Shown: piece after piece, positions 52,331 through 61,366 of the stretch | Layout of the letters: the number at the start of each line of letters is the position of its first letter | Position numbering within the stretch: position 1 is the stretch's first letter | Assembly (NCBI GenBank): GCA_965221695.1 | Contig: OZ244905.1 | Location: 768,001 to 832,000 of the forward strand | From: Gammaproteobacteria bacterium | GTDB taxonomy: Bacteria > Pseudomonadota > Gammaproteobacteria > Eutrophobiales > Eutrophobiaceae | DNA: 64,000 nt | Direction of reading: 5' to 3' | Made by a program: the position numbers and the translations under genes | Notes under the pieces: generated by a model | Told to the model about the DNA's origin: nothing | The model's database searches: none | What the model saw: only the letters and a program-made list of their open reading frames with translations

Positions 52331-53485
52331 CTAGAATGAATCCTCACCCCCGATATAGCCCTTGATGGGTACCCCGGACAGGGGTTCGCCGCCGTCTTTG
52401 CCTACCCGGTAGGTTTCCTGGAAGTACAGTGAGTGGGTGCGTTCCTGGTTCATGAAGTGCGGGTGCATTGAGCAGACCATGTTCTCCGGCAGTACGAAGT
52501 CAAAGCCCTCGCCTATCCTGGGCATTTCGATCATGGTCATGCCGATGGAGTGGCCGCAAACATGGCCTGAGCGGTAGCCGCGGTCGAAGATCGGCTTCAT
52601 GCAGGCGTTGCTGGCTGCCTCGGCGGTGTTGCCGGCCTTCATATGCTCTTTGGCAAGTTCATGGAACTCCTGGTAAGCGGTCATCATTTCTGCGGTAGTC
52701 GCATCCATGCCTTGGGGGAACACGGGGCGGGAGAATTCGACCCAGTGGCCGCCCTCGCCGGAGACCTCGAGCCCGTACATCATACCGTCGCTGTCCTGTA
52801 TGGGCCGTTGGGTGGGAAACACCATCTGCGGTTCCAGGGAGCCGTTGGGTCCCATCTGTATCATGTCCATGGTGTTGCGGGCGCAACCGGCCGCGGCAAA
52901 AGTATTCTCGGCAATGCCCATCAGTTCCGCTTCCGTTTTGCCCGGCCCGTAGGCGCGGATCACATCCAGCACACCTTGCTTGTTGATCTCCATCGAATGG
53001 CGCACCGACGCGATTTCCTCCTCGCTCTTCTGCGCGCGGGCATAGTCGAACTGGATTTCAAAATCGATAATCTCGAAGTCTTTTGCCGCCAGCGCGGAAT
53101 AATCACGCACGTTGATGATGTATTGCAGGCCGTAGATGCCCAGCCGTTTCACCCCACTGCCCTGCAGAAACTCCGCCATCCACTCGCCGCAATGGGGGGG
53201 GAACTCGCGTTGTTCTATGAAGGTCGCGGTATGATCGCCCACCCAGGTCGCTTCCCGAGGAAATACGCACACGGGGTCGCCGTCGGCGGGGATAACCACG
53301 TACGCATAGCGGTGCAGGATCAGGAACCCGCACAGGTAACGCACTGCGCCCTCGAACCCGGTATATTCGCTGCCGCTGACCACCAGCGCGTCCAGTCCTT
53401 CTTTTTCCATAGCCGCGCGCACGTTCGCGTAACGGCGCTCTATCTCGGCCTGGCTGGGGCGAAAACGGTTAATATAATCAGTCAT
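52331..53485 (-). CDS. M24/creatinase-fold protein with non-canonical metal ligands
   Basis: Creatinase N-domain, KSEEEI, GHSIG; LEVSGEGGHWVEFSR, SMHP, QETY. Confidence 0.85.
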   Translation of the reverse strand: MTDYINRFRPSQAEIERRYANVRAAMEKEGLDALVVSGSEYTGFEGAVRYLCGFLILHRYAYVVIPADGDPVCVFPREATWVGDHTATFIEQREFPPHCGEWMAEFLQGSGVKRLGIYGLQYIINVRDYSALAAKDFEIIDFEIQFDYARAQKSEEEIASVRHSMEINKQGVLDVIRAYGPGKTEAELMGIAENTFAAAGCARNTMDMIQMGPNGSLEPQMVFPTQRPIQDSDGMMYGLEVSGEGGHWVEFSRPVFPQGMDATTAEMMTAYQEFHELAKEHMKAGNTAEAASNACMKPIFDRGYRSGHVCGHSIGMTMIEMPRIGEGFDFVLPENMVCSMHPHFMNQERTHSLYFQETYRVGKDGGEPLSGVPIKGYIGGEDSF

Positions 53486-53499
53486 TTCTTGTTTCCTCT

Positions 53500-54429
53500 T
53501 TAGTGTTCAGGATATTCCAGGGACCATGAAGCTTCCAGGCCCTTGATGATCGCCGCGCATGCTTCGTTCATCGGACAGGGGATACCCAGTTCCCGGCCCA
53601 GCCTGGCGATGCCGCCGTTCAGGGCATCCACCTCGGTCAACCTTTCCGCCATCACGTCCTGCAACATGCTGGGCGGGTGGTAATAGGCCTTTTCCCTGCC
53701 GTAGTCGATCAACGCCTCCGGGTCGCTGTCCAGGGTAATTCCCAGTGCGTCCGCGACGGCCACGCCTTCACTTACCAGCGCCGACATGACCTTGCGCACG
53801 CCTTCCTGGTCGCAGGCCACGCCGTGGGGCAGGCGAGTCAGCGCGCCCATCGCGTTGGAAGCGGAGTTGAAGATTAGCTTGGTCCACTGGGCGCCGCGGG
53901 CATCCTCCATGGCCAAGCACTCCATGCCGCTGCGGTTCAGCGCATCGGCCAGCCGTTCAACCTCTTGCATGGTAGCGGGATTCACGGCAAACGGGCCGAT
54001 CCAGGTCTTGCCGCCAGCATCATGGTTGACCACGCCCGGCGCACTGATATGTCCCGCCGGGAAGATGGTGCCCTGGATCACCCGCGGCGCATACTCGGCC
54101 ACTATCTCCTCGTTACCGATACCGTTCTGCACCGAGCAGACTGCGCCATCGCGGAAGATCGGCGCCACGGCTTCCATGGCCGACCGGGTGAACATGGTCT
54201 TCGTGGCGATAATGCCGAACTCGCACTGCGGGATCTCGCTCACCTGCGTGCGCGCATGGACGGTGGCAACAAAATCGCTCAATCCGGTCAGGCGCAGACC
54301 ATTCTCATTGATCGCGTCCACATGTTTGCGGTCAAGGTCAAAGGCCCAGACCTCGACATCGTCCAGCCGGGCCAGATACGCGCCGTACAGACCGCCAATG
54401 GCGCCACAACCGATGATACATACCTTCAT
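53500..54429 (-). CDS. Ketopantoate reductase family oxidoreductase A
   Basis: IIGCGAIGG, QNGIG, WTKLIFN, SMLQDV...R.TEVDALNG. Confidence 0.9.
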   Translation of the reverse strand: MKVCIIGCGAIGGLYGAYLARLDDVEVWAFDLDRKHVDAINENGLRLTGLSDFVATVHARTQVSEIPQCEFGIIATKTMFTRSAMEAVAPIFRDGAVCSVQNGIGNEEIVAEYAPRVIQGTIFPAGHISAPGVVNHDAGGKTWIGPFAVNPATMQEVERLADALNRSGMECLAMEDARGAQWTKLIFNSASNAMGALTRLPHGVACDQEGVRKVMSALVSEGVAVADALGITLDSDPEALIDYGREKAYYHPPSMLQDVMAERLTEVDALNGGIARLGRELGIPCPMNEACAAIIKGLEASWSLEYPEH

Positions 54430-54515
54430 TAAATTCTCCTCACCCATTGTGTTGCCGGCAATGGATTATGTTATGGCAGTTCTGACTTAAGCAGAGTGGT
54501 ACGGGAGCGGGAGCG

Positions 54516-55472
54516 TTACCCATGACTGTAACTGCTTTCATACGCCTTGACCAAGCGGTACAAGGTCTCATGGTACGGCGCCGGAATACCAGCCTTGTGC
54601 GCCTCACGCACGATGGAACCCGTGATCCAGTCTATCTCCGTTGCGCGCTTGTTGCGCACGTCATCAAGCATTGAGGGAATATGGGCATAGTCCTCGCCGC
54701 TGGTCGTGCCCTGGTTAACCGCTCTGACGTTCATTGCCCAGGGGTCATCCGCCAGGGTCACGCCGCGTGCTTCTGCGATAGATTTGGCCTCACCCATCAT
54801 CGCGTAGACCAGATGACCCAGATCCTCCAGTCTGTCCTGCGCCGCAAAGGCCTTCGCATGAGGCAGGTCTGTCAACGCTGAGATGCTGTTCACCGCGGAG
54901 TTGAAGATCAGCTTGGACCACTGGTGCGGCAGCAGGTCTTCGTAGGCCTCCGCCTTCAGTCCGGAACGAACAAACAGTTCCTCAACCTGTTTCACGAAAT
55001 CAAACGTCGCGCTGCCCTGCGCCCAAGGCCCCATCCAGGTGGCCGTATCCAACTCATATTCGACATGCGTATCCGTATGGCGGGTACCGCTCATAAAGGT
55101 CACGCCGGATATGATGGGCCAGTCACCAAAGCGGCTTACCATTTCCTCGCAACCAAGGCCGTTCTGGATCATCAACACGTGGGCGCTGGTGAAATGGCCC
55201 TCAATCATCCGACTACAGTCTTCCACGGCAAGCGCCTTGGACGCAATGATTACCAGGTCAACATCGCCCAGTTCTGCCGCGTGCGCCGACGCGCGCACGT
55301 TTGCGTGCAGTTCGGATTTGCCGCTGACCCGCAGGCCCTCGGCATTCAACGCCTGCGCGTGCTCCTTGCGCCGCGTCAGTACCGCCATGTCCACGATAGC
55401 GCCCAGGTGCCCCACCAGCAAGCTGCCGATGGCGCCGGCGCCGACAACGCAAACCTTTTCGATTTCTTTCAT
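54516..55472 (-). CDS. Ketopantoate reductase family oxidoreductase B
   Basis: VVGAGAIGS, QNGLG, WSKLIFN, SMLDDV...R.TEIDWITG. Confidence 0.9.
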   Translation of the reverse strand: MKEIEKVCVVGAGAIGSLLVGHLGAIVDMAVLTRRKEHAQALNAEGLRVSGKSELHANVRASAHAAELGDVDLVIIASKALAVEDCSRMIEGHFTSAHVLMIQNGLGCEEMVSRFGDWPIISGVTFMSGTRHTDTHVEYELDTATWMGPWAQGSATFDFVKQVEELFVRSGLKAEAYEDLLPHQWSKLIFNSAVNSISALTDLPHAKAFAAQDRLEDLGHLVYAMMGEAKSIAEARGVTLADDPWAMNVRAVNQGTTSGEDYAHIPSMLDDVRNKRATEIDWITGSIVREAHKAGIPAPYHETLYRLVKAYESSYSHG

Positions 55473-56668
55473 ACAACCCGGCCGACGATGTCCTTGAATT
55501 CCTCGTCGGTGACCAGGCGCGCATTTCGGACGCCGAGTTCCTTGACTTCTGCAAGGACTCCGGCGCGCTTGTCTTCCGGTATATTCAACCCCAGCTCCTC
55601 ACCCTTGAGCTTGATGTTGGACAGCCCACTCTTCTTGCCCAGCACGATGCGGCGTTCGGCGTCCACGATCTCGGAAGAATACGGCTCAATGGCCTGGGGG
55701 ATATGGAACTGGTTCGCGACTGCGCCGCTCTCGCGGGTGTAGAGAAATTCGCCGACCACGGGTTTCCAGCCATCCACGCTGTAGCCACCCGCCTGTTGCA
55801 CCACTTTCGAGGTCTCCCTGGCTTGGGCCAGATCCAGCTCCACCGGCATGTCGTACAGGCATTGCAAGGCCAGGGCCACTTCGCAGATGTCCGCATTGCC
55901 GGCGCGCTCGCCCATGCCGTTGATCGTGCCTTGGATCCAGCGGGCGCCGCCGCGCACGGCCGCCACTGCGCTTGCGGTGGCAAGACCGAAATCATTATGG
56001 CCGTGCCAGTGGATGGGGATGTCAGGCCCGACCCAACTGCTGACCTCGCCGATCAATCGTTCCACCGCTTCAGGTGAACAGACACCGATAGTATCCACCA
56101 CGGACACCTCATCGGCGCCCTGCTCAATGGCCGTCGAATACACGTCGCGCAGGAACCCCAGGTCGCTGCGCGTGGAGTCCACGGCAAAGAAGTTCACGGT
56201 TTTTATGCCGTTGTCCTTCGCATGCCTGATGGCATCGGTAACGCGCTGCAGGACGACGTCCCGGGTGAAACCGTATGCCTTGATCTTCATATCGCTGGTC
56301 GAAATTTCAATCAGCACATGTTCCGTGCCCAATTCAATATGGGCGTCGATATCCGCCTTGACGGCGCGGGAAAACCCCCAGATTTCAGAGCGCAGTCCCG
56401 CATCCAGGATGCGTTTCACCGCCTTGGTATCGTCCTCGGAGACCCGGGGAAACCCCGATTCAATCCGAGCCACGCCCAGGTCGCTGAGTTTGCAGGCGAT
56501 AGTAAATTTTTCCTCGGGGGTGAAGCAAACGCCAACGGATTGCTCGCCGTCGCGCAAGGTCGTGTCGTAAAAACGCACGGGTGTGGAGCGGTCGAAGCGG
56601 GAAAGAATGTCATCGCTGCGGTTCAACTCGCTGGTCCAGATCTTGTCCTGTGCAATGCTTGTGTTCAT
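55469..56668 (-). CDS. DRE-TIM acetyl-CoA condensing enzyme (homocitrate/isopropylmalate synthase-like) with no regulatory domain
   Basis: DTTLRDGEQ, HGHNDFGLA, GMGERAGN, VLGKKSG; 399 aa. Confidence 0.88.
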   Translation of the reverse strand: MNTSIAQDKIWTSELNRSDDILSRFDRSTPVRFYDTTLRDGEQSVGVCFTPEEKFTIACKLSDLGVARIESGFPRVSEDDTKAVKRILDAGLRSEIWGFSRAVKADIDAHIELGTEHVLIEISTSDMKIKAYGFTRDVVLQRVTDAIRHAKDNGIKTVNFFAVDSTRSDLGFLRDVYSTAIEQGADEVSVVDTIGVCSPEAVERLIGEVSSWVGPDIPIHWHGHNDFGLATASAVAAVRGGARWIQGTINGMGERAGNADICEVALALQCLYDMPVELDLAQARETSKVVQQAGGYSVDGWKPVVGEFLYTRESGAVANQFHIPQAIEPYSSEIVDAERRIVLGKKSGLSNIKLKGEELGLNIPEDKRAGVLAEVKELGVRNARLVTDEEFKDIVGRVV

Positions 56669-56747
56669 CGTAATTTACTCATAATAGTTATACAATTTTA
56701 TCGGGATTCCAGTTGACAATAATACTCCTTATAAGGAAGGTCTGCTT

Positions 56748-56812
56748 ACTGGATTCCCGTTTTCACGGGAATGGTACGGAGGGCGCCATGAACGGAGCCA
56801 CAGTACCACTCC
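56748..56812. repeat. Family A repeat
   Basis: ctggattcccgttttcacgggaatggtac ... gtaccactcc. Confidence 0.75.
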
Positions 56813-56836
56813 TTCGAATGTCACCGACGCCTCAAT

Positions 56837-57706
56837 TCAACTGCTGCTGAACCAGTCGTACAACTCATCGGCCGTGGCAAACCATACGTCATTCTTCGCA
56901 AGCATATAATCCAGGGCTTGCTCGAAATATTTTATCCGGTGTGGCACACCCATGATATAAGGATGAACGCCTAACGACATGACTCTGGGCTGGCGCGCGC
57001 CTTCCTGGTAGAGCCGGTCGAACTGGTCCACAGCGCGTTGCAGCCAGACTTCCGATGTGTGCGCGTGCACAACCATCATAGGCAGGTCGCTGAGTTCAAA
57101 GGAATACGGCATGGCCATCATCGGTCCAGCCGCGGTTTTCATGGCAACGGGGTGTTCATCCATGGGCCAGTCACAGACAAATTTGAACCCGGCCGAGGCC
57201 AGATAATCCAGCGTATCCAGGGTCTCGTGCAGGCCGGGGCCCAACCATCCTTTAGGAGATTTGCCGATATAATCGCGTAGCGCGGCGAAGGATTTATTGA
57301 TGACCTCCTGCTGGTTTTCAACTACATGAACCGGCGCTTGGGCATAACCATGGCCCATGAAATCCCATCCCGCATCCAGCATGGCCCGGGCCACCGGCTC
57401 GCCGGCGCCCTCCAGGACTCGCGCGTTGATCGGCGCGCTGGCCTTGAGATTGCGTTCAGCGAGCGCTTCCATGATGCGCCAGATGCCCACCCGCATACCG
57501 TATTCGTGCCAGGCCCAGTTGGGAATGTTGGGCACGGTGGCGACCCCGGCCGGCGAGGTCACGTACTCTCTGGCCACGGGTTTTTCGATATTCCATTCTT
57601 CGATGTTGACTACCAGGTATACCGCGACGCGCGCGCCGTTCGGAAACCGGAGCTGCTCGCGTTGCGGCATGGCGGAATAATCAAATCGTTCGTGTGGCAG
57701 TTTCAT
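56837..57706 (-). CDS. Polysaccharide deacetylase family, PuuE-like
   Basis: P.GARVAV..VVNIE.W, NWAWHEYGMRVG.WR, GWLGPGL.ET, GVHPYIMG.PHR. Confidence 0.88.
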   Translation of the reverse strand: MKLPHERFDYSAMPQREQLRFPNGARVAVYLVVNIEEWNIEKPVAREYVTSPAGVATVPNIPNWAWHEYGMRVGIWRIMEALAERNLKASAPINARVLEGAGEPVARAMLDAGWDFMGHGYAQAPVHVVENQQEVINKSFAALRDYIGKSPKGWLGPGLHETLDTLDYLASAGFKFVCDWPMDEHPVAMKTAAGPMMAMPYSFELSDLPMMVVHAHTSEVWLQRAVDQFDRLYQEGARQPRVMSLGVHPYIMGVPHRIKYFEQALDYMLAKNDVWFATADELYDWFSSS

Positions 57707-57817
57707 TTCCGTATTTTAACCTTTAGCCCGGATATCTCACAAGTTCAGAGATATTCGGGCTCCCGCGCCTGTTGTGCCAGTGCGTGTGGGATTGCGATGA
57801 AAAGGTTGCGTTATTAC

Positions 57818-57847
57818 AAAAAAAACAAGGGCGGCCATCGCCGCCCT
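57818..57847 (-). terminator. Rho-independent terminator after the TBDR
   Basis: AGGGCGG-cgatgg-CCGCCCT hairpin followed by a T-run on the minus strand. Confidence 0.7.
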
Positions 57848-57876
57848 CGTGTTCGCAATGCGCCTGAAAATCCGGG

Positions 57877-60597
57877 TTAGAAACTATAGCGCGCCTTGAC
57901 GTAGTACTGACCACCGTTATAGCCGAACGGCGCAGTGGCCGGGTACTTGGAACCGGCGACGCCACCCCACTCATTCTTGTCGGGATAGTTGTCGAACAGG
58001 TTCGCGGCGCCGGCGATCAACTCCATCCCATCGAACAGACTGTAGGCCGCTTCCGCATCGAAGGTGATCTCGCCGCCGAGTTCAAGCGGTAAATCTTCAG
58101 AGTCAAGATGAGCCTCAAAATAATCCGAGTGGAAATTCAATCGCGCCAGCACGCGCCACTTGTCCTGCCGGTGGCGGAAACTGAGGTTGCCTTTCCAGTG
58201 CGGCACGTTTTCTTCCAATTGTCGTAACCGGTGATCTTTCAACAATCCGCGCTGGGTTACATTGGTGTCGACATAGCTGACCGCCAAAGACAGCACGCTG
58301 TCGCCGGCGCCCAGGCTGAAGCGGTGGTTGGCAACGATGTCCACCCCCTGGGTGCGGGTGTCAAAATCGTTGTTGAAAAACTTGAAGCTGGTCAGGTCTT
58401 CCGAGCCGGCAAAATCGGCAATATTGAGTGCTCCGGCCGCGTCCAGCGCGTTGAGTATTTCACTGGTTGCATTCGAGTCCGGTAACGCGACGCCTTCCTC
58501 AATGGCAAACTCTCTTAACAGTTGACGAAAGTCCTGGTCTTCCGATAATGAAATCCGGTCTTCCACCTTGATATTGAAATAATCCACGGTGACGCTGGTA
58601 TTGCCCAGGTCAAACGCAACGCCCAGGGAAAAGTTCGTGGCCTCTTCGTTATCCAGCGTAAAAATATTGCCCTGGCGCTCGTTGACAAAACGGCCGGCGG
58701 CGCTGTTGAGCGGAAACGTGCCCTGATCAACCAGGGTAGAGCCGACGAACGCCGTGGTCACATTCACTACGTTGGCCTGACCGGTGGTGGGTGCGTGAAA
58801 ACCGGTAGACCAGGTGCCGCGCAAGCTGATCATATCGTTGGCGCGAAACAGCGCGCCGATCTTGTAGTCAACCGTGCTACCGTAGGTATCATAATCCTCC
58901 CAGCGCACCGCCGCCTGCAACGTAAGATTTTCCACTACATCCGCTTCCAATTCTCCGTAAACAGCCGTGTTCTCCTCCTTGGCCGTCAGACCGGTTGTAA
59001 ACCCGCCAAACCCGTTGGAACTGGAGGAGAAGCCCTGACCGACCGGGAATGCATCGGAGGGTTGCGTCAACACGCCACGCGCAGTGGAGGCCAAGTCGCC
59101 CTCGGTAATTTTAAATTTCTCCTCACGATACTCGAAACCGACCGCGATATTCAGGTCCGAAGCAAATGCGGCCATCGGCAACGCATACGCCAGGTCTACA
59201 TTGACATTGTTATCGGTTTGCTCATAGGCGCCGGGTCTGAAGAACGCGTTTGCCGGCTGGTCCGGTCCGAGACTGGCATTGACTGTATTGAAAATGAAGA
59301 AGCTGGCCTGGTTGTTGCCATAGGTATAGCTGATGTCGTAGTTCAGACCGTTGCCGATGGCCAACTCGCCACGCAGACCGACAACGATTGACTTGTCCTC
59401 GGTGTCGCCGCCAAAACGGGGCACAAAGCCGCCCGGGTAAAGTTCCACAAAGGAAAAACAATTCGGGTCGTCAATCACGTTTTGCAGGATGGTGGGGTCA
59501 GGAATTAACCCGTCCTGTCCCGTGAGCGGGATGCCGGCGGGGCAATCCCCGGCATTTTCCAGTGACAGGTCACCCACTAATACCGCTGCAACGCCATTCG
59601 GATCGGAAGCGCCAGTGACGGGGTCTACTGGCTTTTTCTCGTCAAAATACACACCTGGACGGTTGGTGGGATTGCGAAAGAAAAAACCGCCCTCCACCCG
59701 CCGTTCGGCATAGTTGCCGAACGCATACACTTCCGCCTGTTCGCTGATCTCAAACCCCGAATTGACGAAGATCTTCCAGTCGTCGTCAACACGCGGCTGG
59801 CCCCAAAGCTGCGGGTAATCGCCGGTAATCGTGTTGACACTGGGGTCGCGCACAGCGGTATTGCCGGCAGCAAACAAGCCATCCACATCGTTTCGATGCA
59901 CCGAGCGAATCACGTCATCGGTCTCGCCATATTCGGCAGACAGGTTAATAAAGCCTTTGTCTCCCAACGGCAGTCCGATATTGCCGGACACCTGGTAATT
60001 ATCGCCGTCACCCTCATAGGTGGAACCGTATTTCACCTCAAACTCACCACCTTCGGCATCGTCTTTGAGCACGAAGTTCATTACCCCGGCGATCGCGTCA
60101 GAGCCGTATTGTGACGACGCGCCGTCGCGTAACACCTCCACTTTTTTCAGCGCAATAGCAGGGAACACGCCCACATCCGGTCCATGCGAACCGTCGGCGA
60201 TGCCACCGCCCAGGAAGGAAATCACTGCGGCCCGATGGCGGCGTTTGCCGTTAAGCAACACCAGTGTGTTATCCGGCGACAGGCCGCGCAGGTTGGCCGG
60301 ACGAATAATGGTCGCCGCATCCGAGATGGGCTGGGTATTCACCATGTAGGACGGCACCAGCGCGCGCAATATGTCGGGAATATCCGAAGTGGCCTGGTCG
60401 GTAAACTCACTCCCATCCAACACATCAATGGGCGCCGGGTTGTCGGCAATGGAGCGTTCACCACGGCGGCTGCCCAATGTGGCTGTCACGACTATTTCCT
60501 CGATCTGCTCTTCTTGCGCCGGAACCGGCAGGTTTACATCAATAAAGAGAAGGGTAATTAGGGCGCATGCAGCGAGGGAGAAAGAAGCTAGATTCAT
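57877..60597 (-). CDS. TonB-dependent receptor
   Basis: IEEIVVT, LRGLSPDNTLVLLNGKRRH, VEVLRDGASSQYGSDAIAGV, C-terminal YSF. Confidence 0.95.
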   Translation of the reverse strand: MNLASFSLAACALITLLFIDVNLPVPAQEEQIEEIVVTATLGSRRGERSIADNPAPIDVLDGSEFTDQATSDIPDILRALVPSYMVNTQPISDAATIIRPANLRGLSPDNTLVLLNGKRRHRAAVISFLGGGIADGSHGPDVGVFPAIALKKVEVLRDGASSQYGSDAIAGVMNFVLKDDAEGGEFEVKYGSTYEGDGDNYQVSGNIGLPLGDKGFINLSAEYGETDDVIRSVHRNDVDGLFAAGNTAVRDPSVNTITGDYPQLWGQPRVDDDWKIFVNSGFEISEQAEVYAFGNYAERRVEGGFFFRNPTNRPGVYFDEKKPVDPVTGASDPNGVAAVLVGDLSLENAGDCPAGIPLTGQDGLIPDPTILQNVIDDPNCFSFVELYPGGFVPRFGGDTEDKSIVVGLRGELAIGNGLNYDISYTYGNNQASFFIFNTVNASLGPDQPANAFFRPGAYEQTDNNVNVDLAYALPMAAFASDLNIAVGFEYREEKFKITEGDLASTARGVLTQPSDAFPVGQGFSSSSNGFGGFTTGLTAKEENTAVYGELEADVVENLTLQAAVRWEDYDTYGSTVDYKIGALFRANDMISLRGTWSTGFHAPTTGQANVVNVTTAFVGSTLVDQGTFPLNSAAGRFVNERQGNIFTLDNEEATNFSLGVAFDLGNTSVTVDYFNIKVEDRISLSEDQDFRQLLREFAIEEGVALPDSNATSEILNALDAAGALNIADFAGSEDLTSFKFFNNDFDTRTQGVDIVANHRFSLGAGDSVLSLAVSYVDTNVTQRGLLKDHRLRQLEENVPHWKGNLSFRHRQDKWRVLARLNFHSDYFEAHLDSEDLPLELGGEITFDAEAAYSLFDGMELIAGAANLFDNYPDKNEWGGVAGSKYPATAPFGYNGGQYYVKARYSF

Positions 60598-60831
60598 AAT
60601 ATAAATCCTCAAGAATTTAATATATCAGTGAGAGTGGCGAGATATATCTCGCGAGCATAGTAATTCATGCCGGCATATTTTTCAATGAAATAATTATGGC
60701 AGTTCTGGCTGACGCACATGAGCAAGACCGGCTATCTGGATTTACAGGTTTGCTCGCGCATCGCGAGCTGGTCGTGACAGCGTTCATGCACAAATTCGGG
60801 TGGGCAGGTTGCTCAGGCGCAATTATTTTCA

Positions 60832-61134
60832 CAAAAATGTGAGTTTTCTCACATTTTTGCTGACTTTCTTCTTGGCAATTTGTTGCGCGCCGGTAAGATC
60901 ATAACCGTCCGAACGCAATACGCATCAGTCAGCCCATAGCATAAGGAAGCGCGCATTTTCATGGGCCCAATCGGTATGACGTTCGGACACTTGCTTGTGC
61001 TGCGTCACAAGCGCCCCTATCCGCCAATATACGGTCTGTTTTCATGGCCAGACCGCGGTAAAGGATCACCTGAGGCGCCAGGGGGAAGGTGGTGTTTTCC
61101 GTTCACTCATTCATAGCTACCGCCTCCCCCTGGC
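60832..61134. other. Highly structured intergenic region, candidate ncRNA or mobile-element remnant
   Basis: Five stem-loops; no credible ORF. Confidence 0.4.
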
Positions 61135-61215
61135 TGGGGGTTCTGCCTGTCTGTCGGGCTAAGCGCCGCCGGCAACGCGCCCTCACAACCAGCAACTAGT
61201 ACTCTTTCAACTTAA

Positions 61216-61366
61216 GGAACCTCTGATTAAGTCAGAGGTTCCTACGATACAAGGATGTATCGGCAATATCAATGACTGTAAGGCATTGATATTGTGAGGA
61301 AAACAAAAATCGCATTTTTGTTTTCCGTACTCTGACAAGTCCAGGATGGACTTGTTCAGAGTTTCC
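61216..61366. mobile_element. Five-hairpin MITE, copy 2
   Basis: TIR GGAACCTCTGA / TCAGAGTTTCC; TTAA duplicated at 61212-61215 and 61367-61370. Confidence 0.9.

Noticed and set aside
53500-56668. Gene symbols panE, leuA or nifV
   Set aside because: No pan, leu or nif context and the paralogues are divergent, so only the family is assigned
60612-61200. Cobalamin riboswitch or btuB assignment, tempting given rdhA
   Set aside because: No B12-box or other riboswitch core motif was found on either strand
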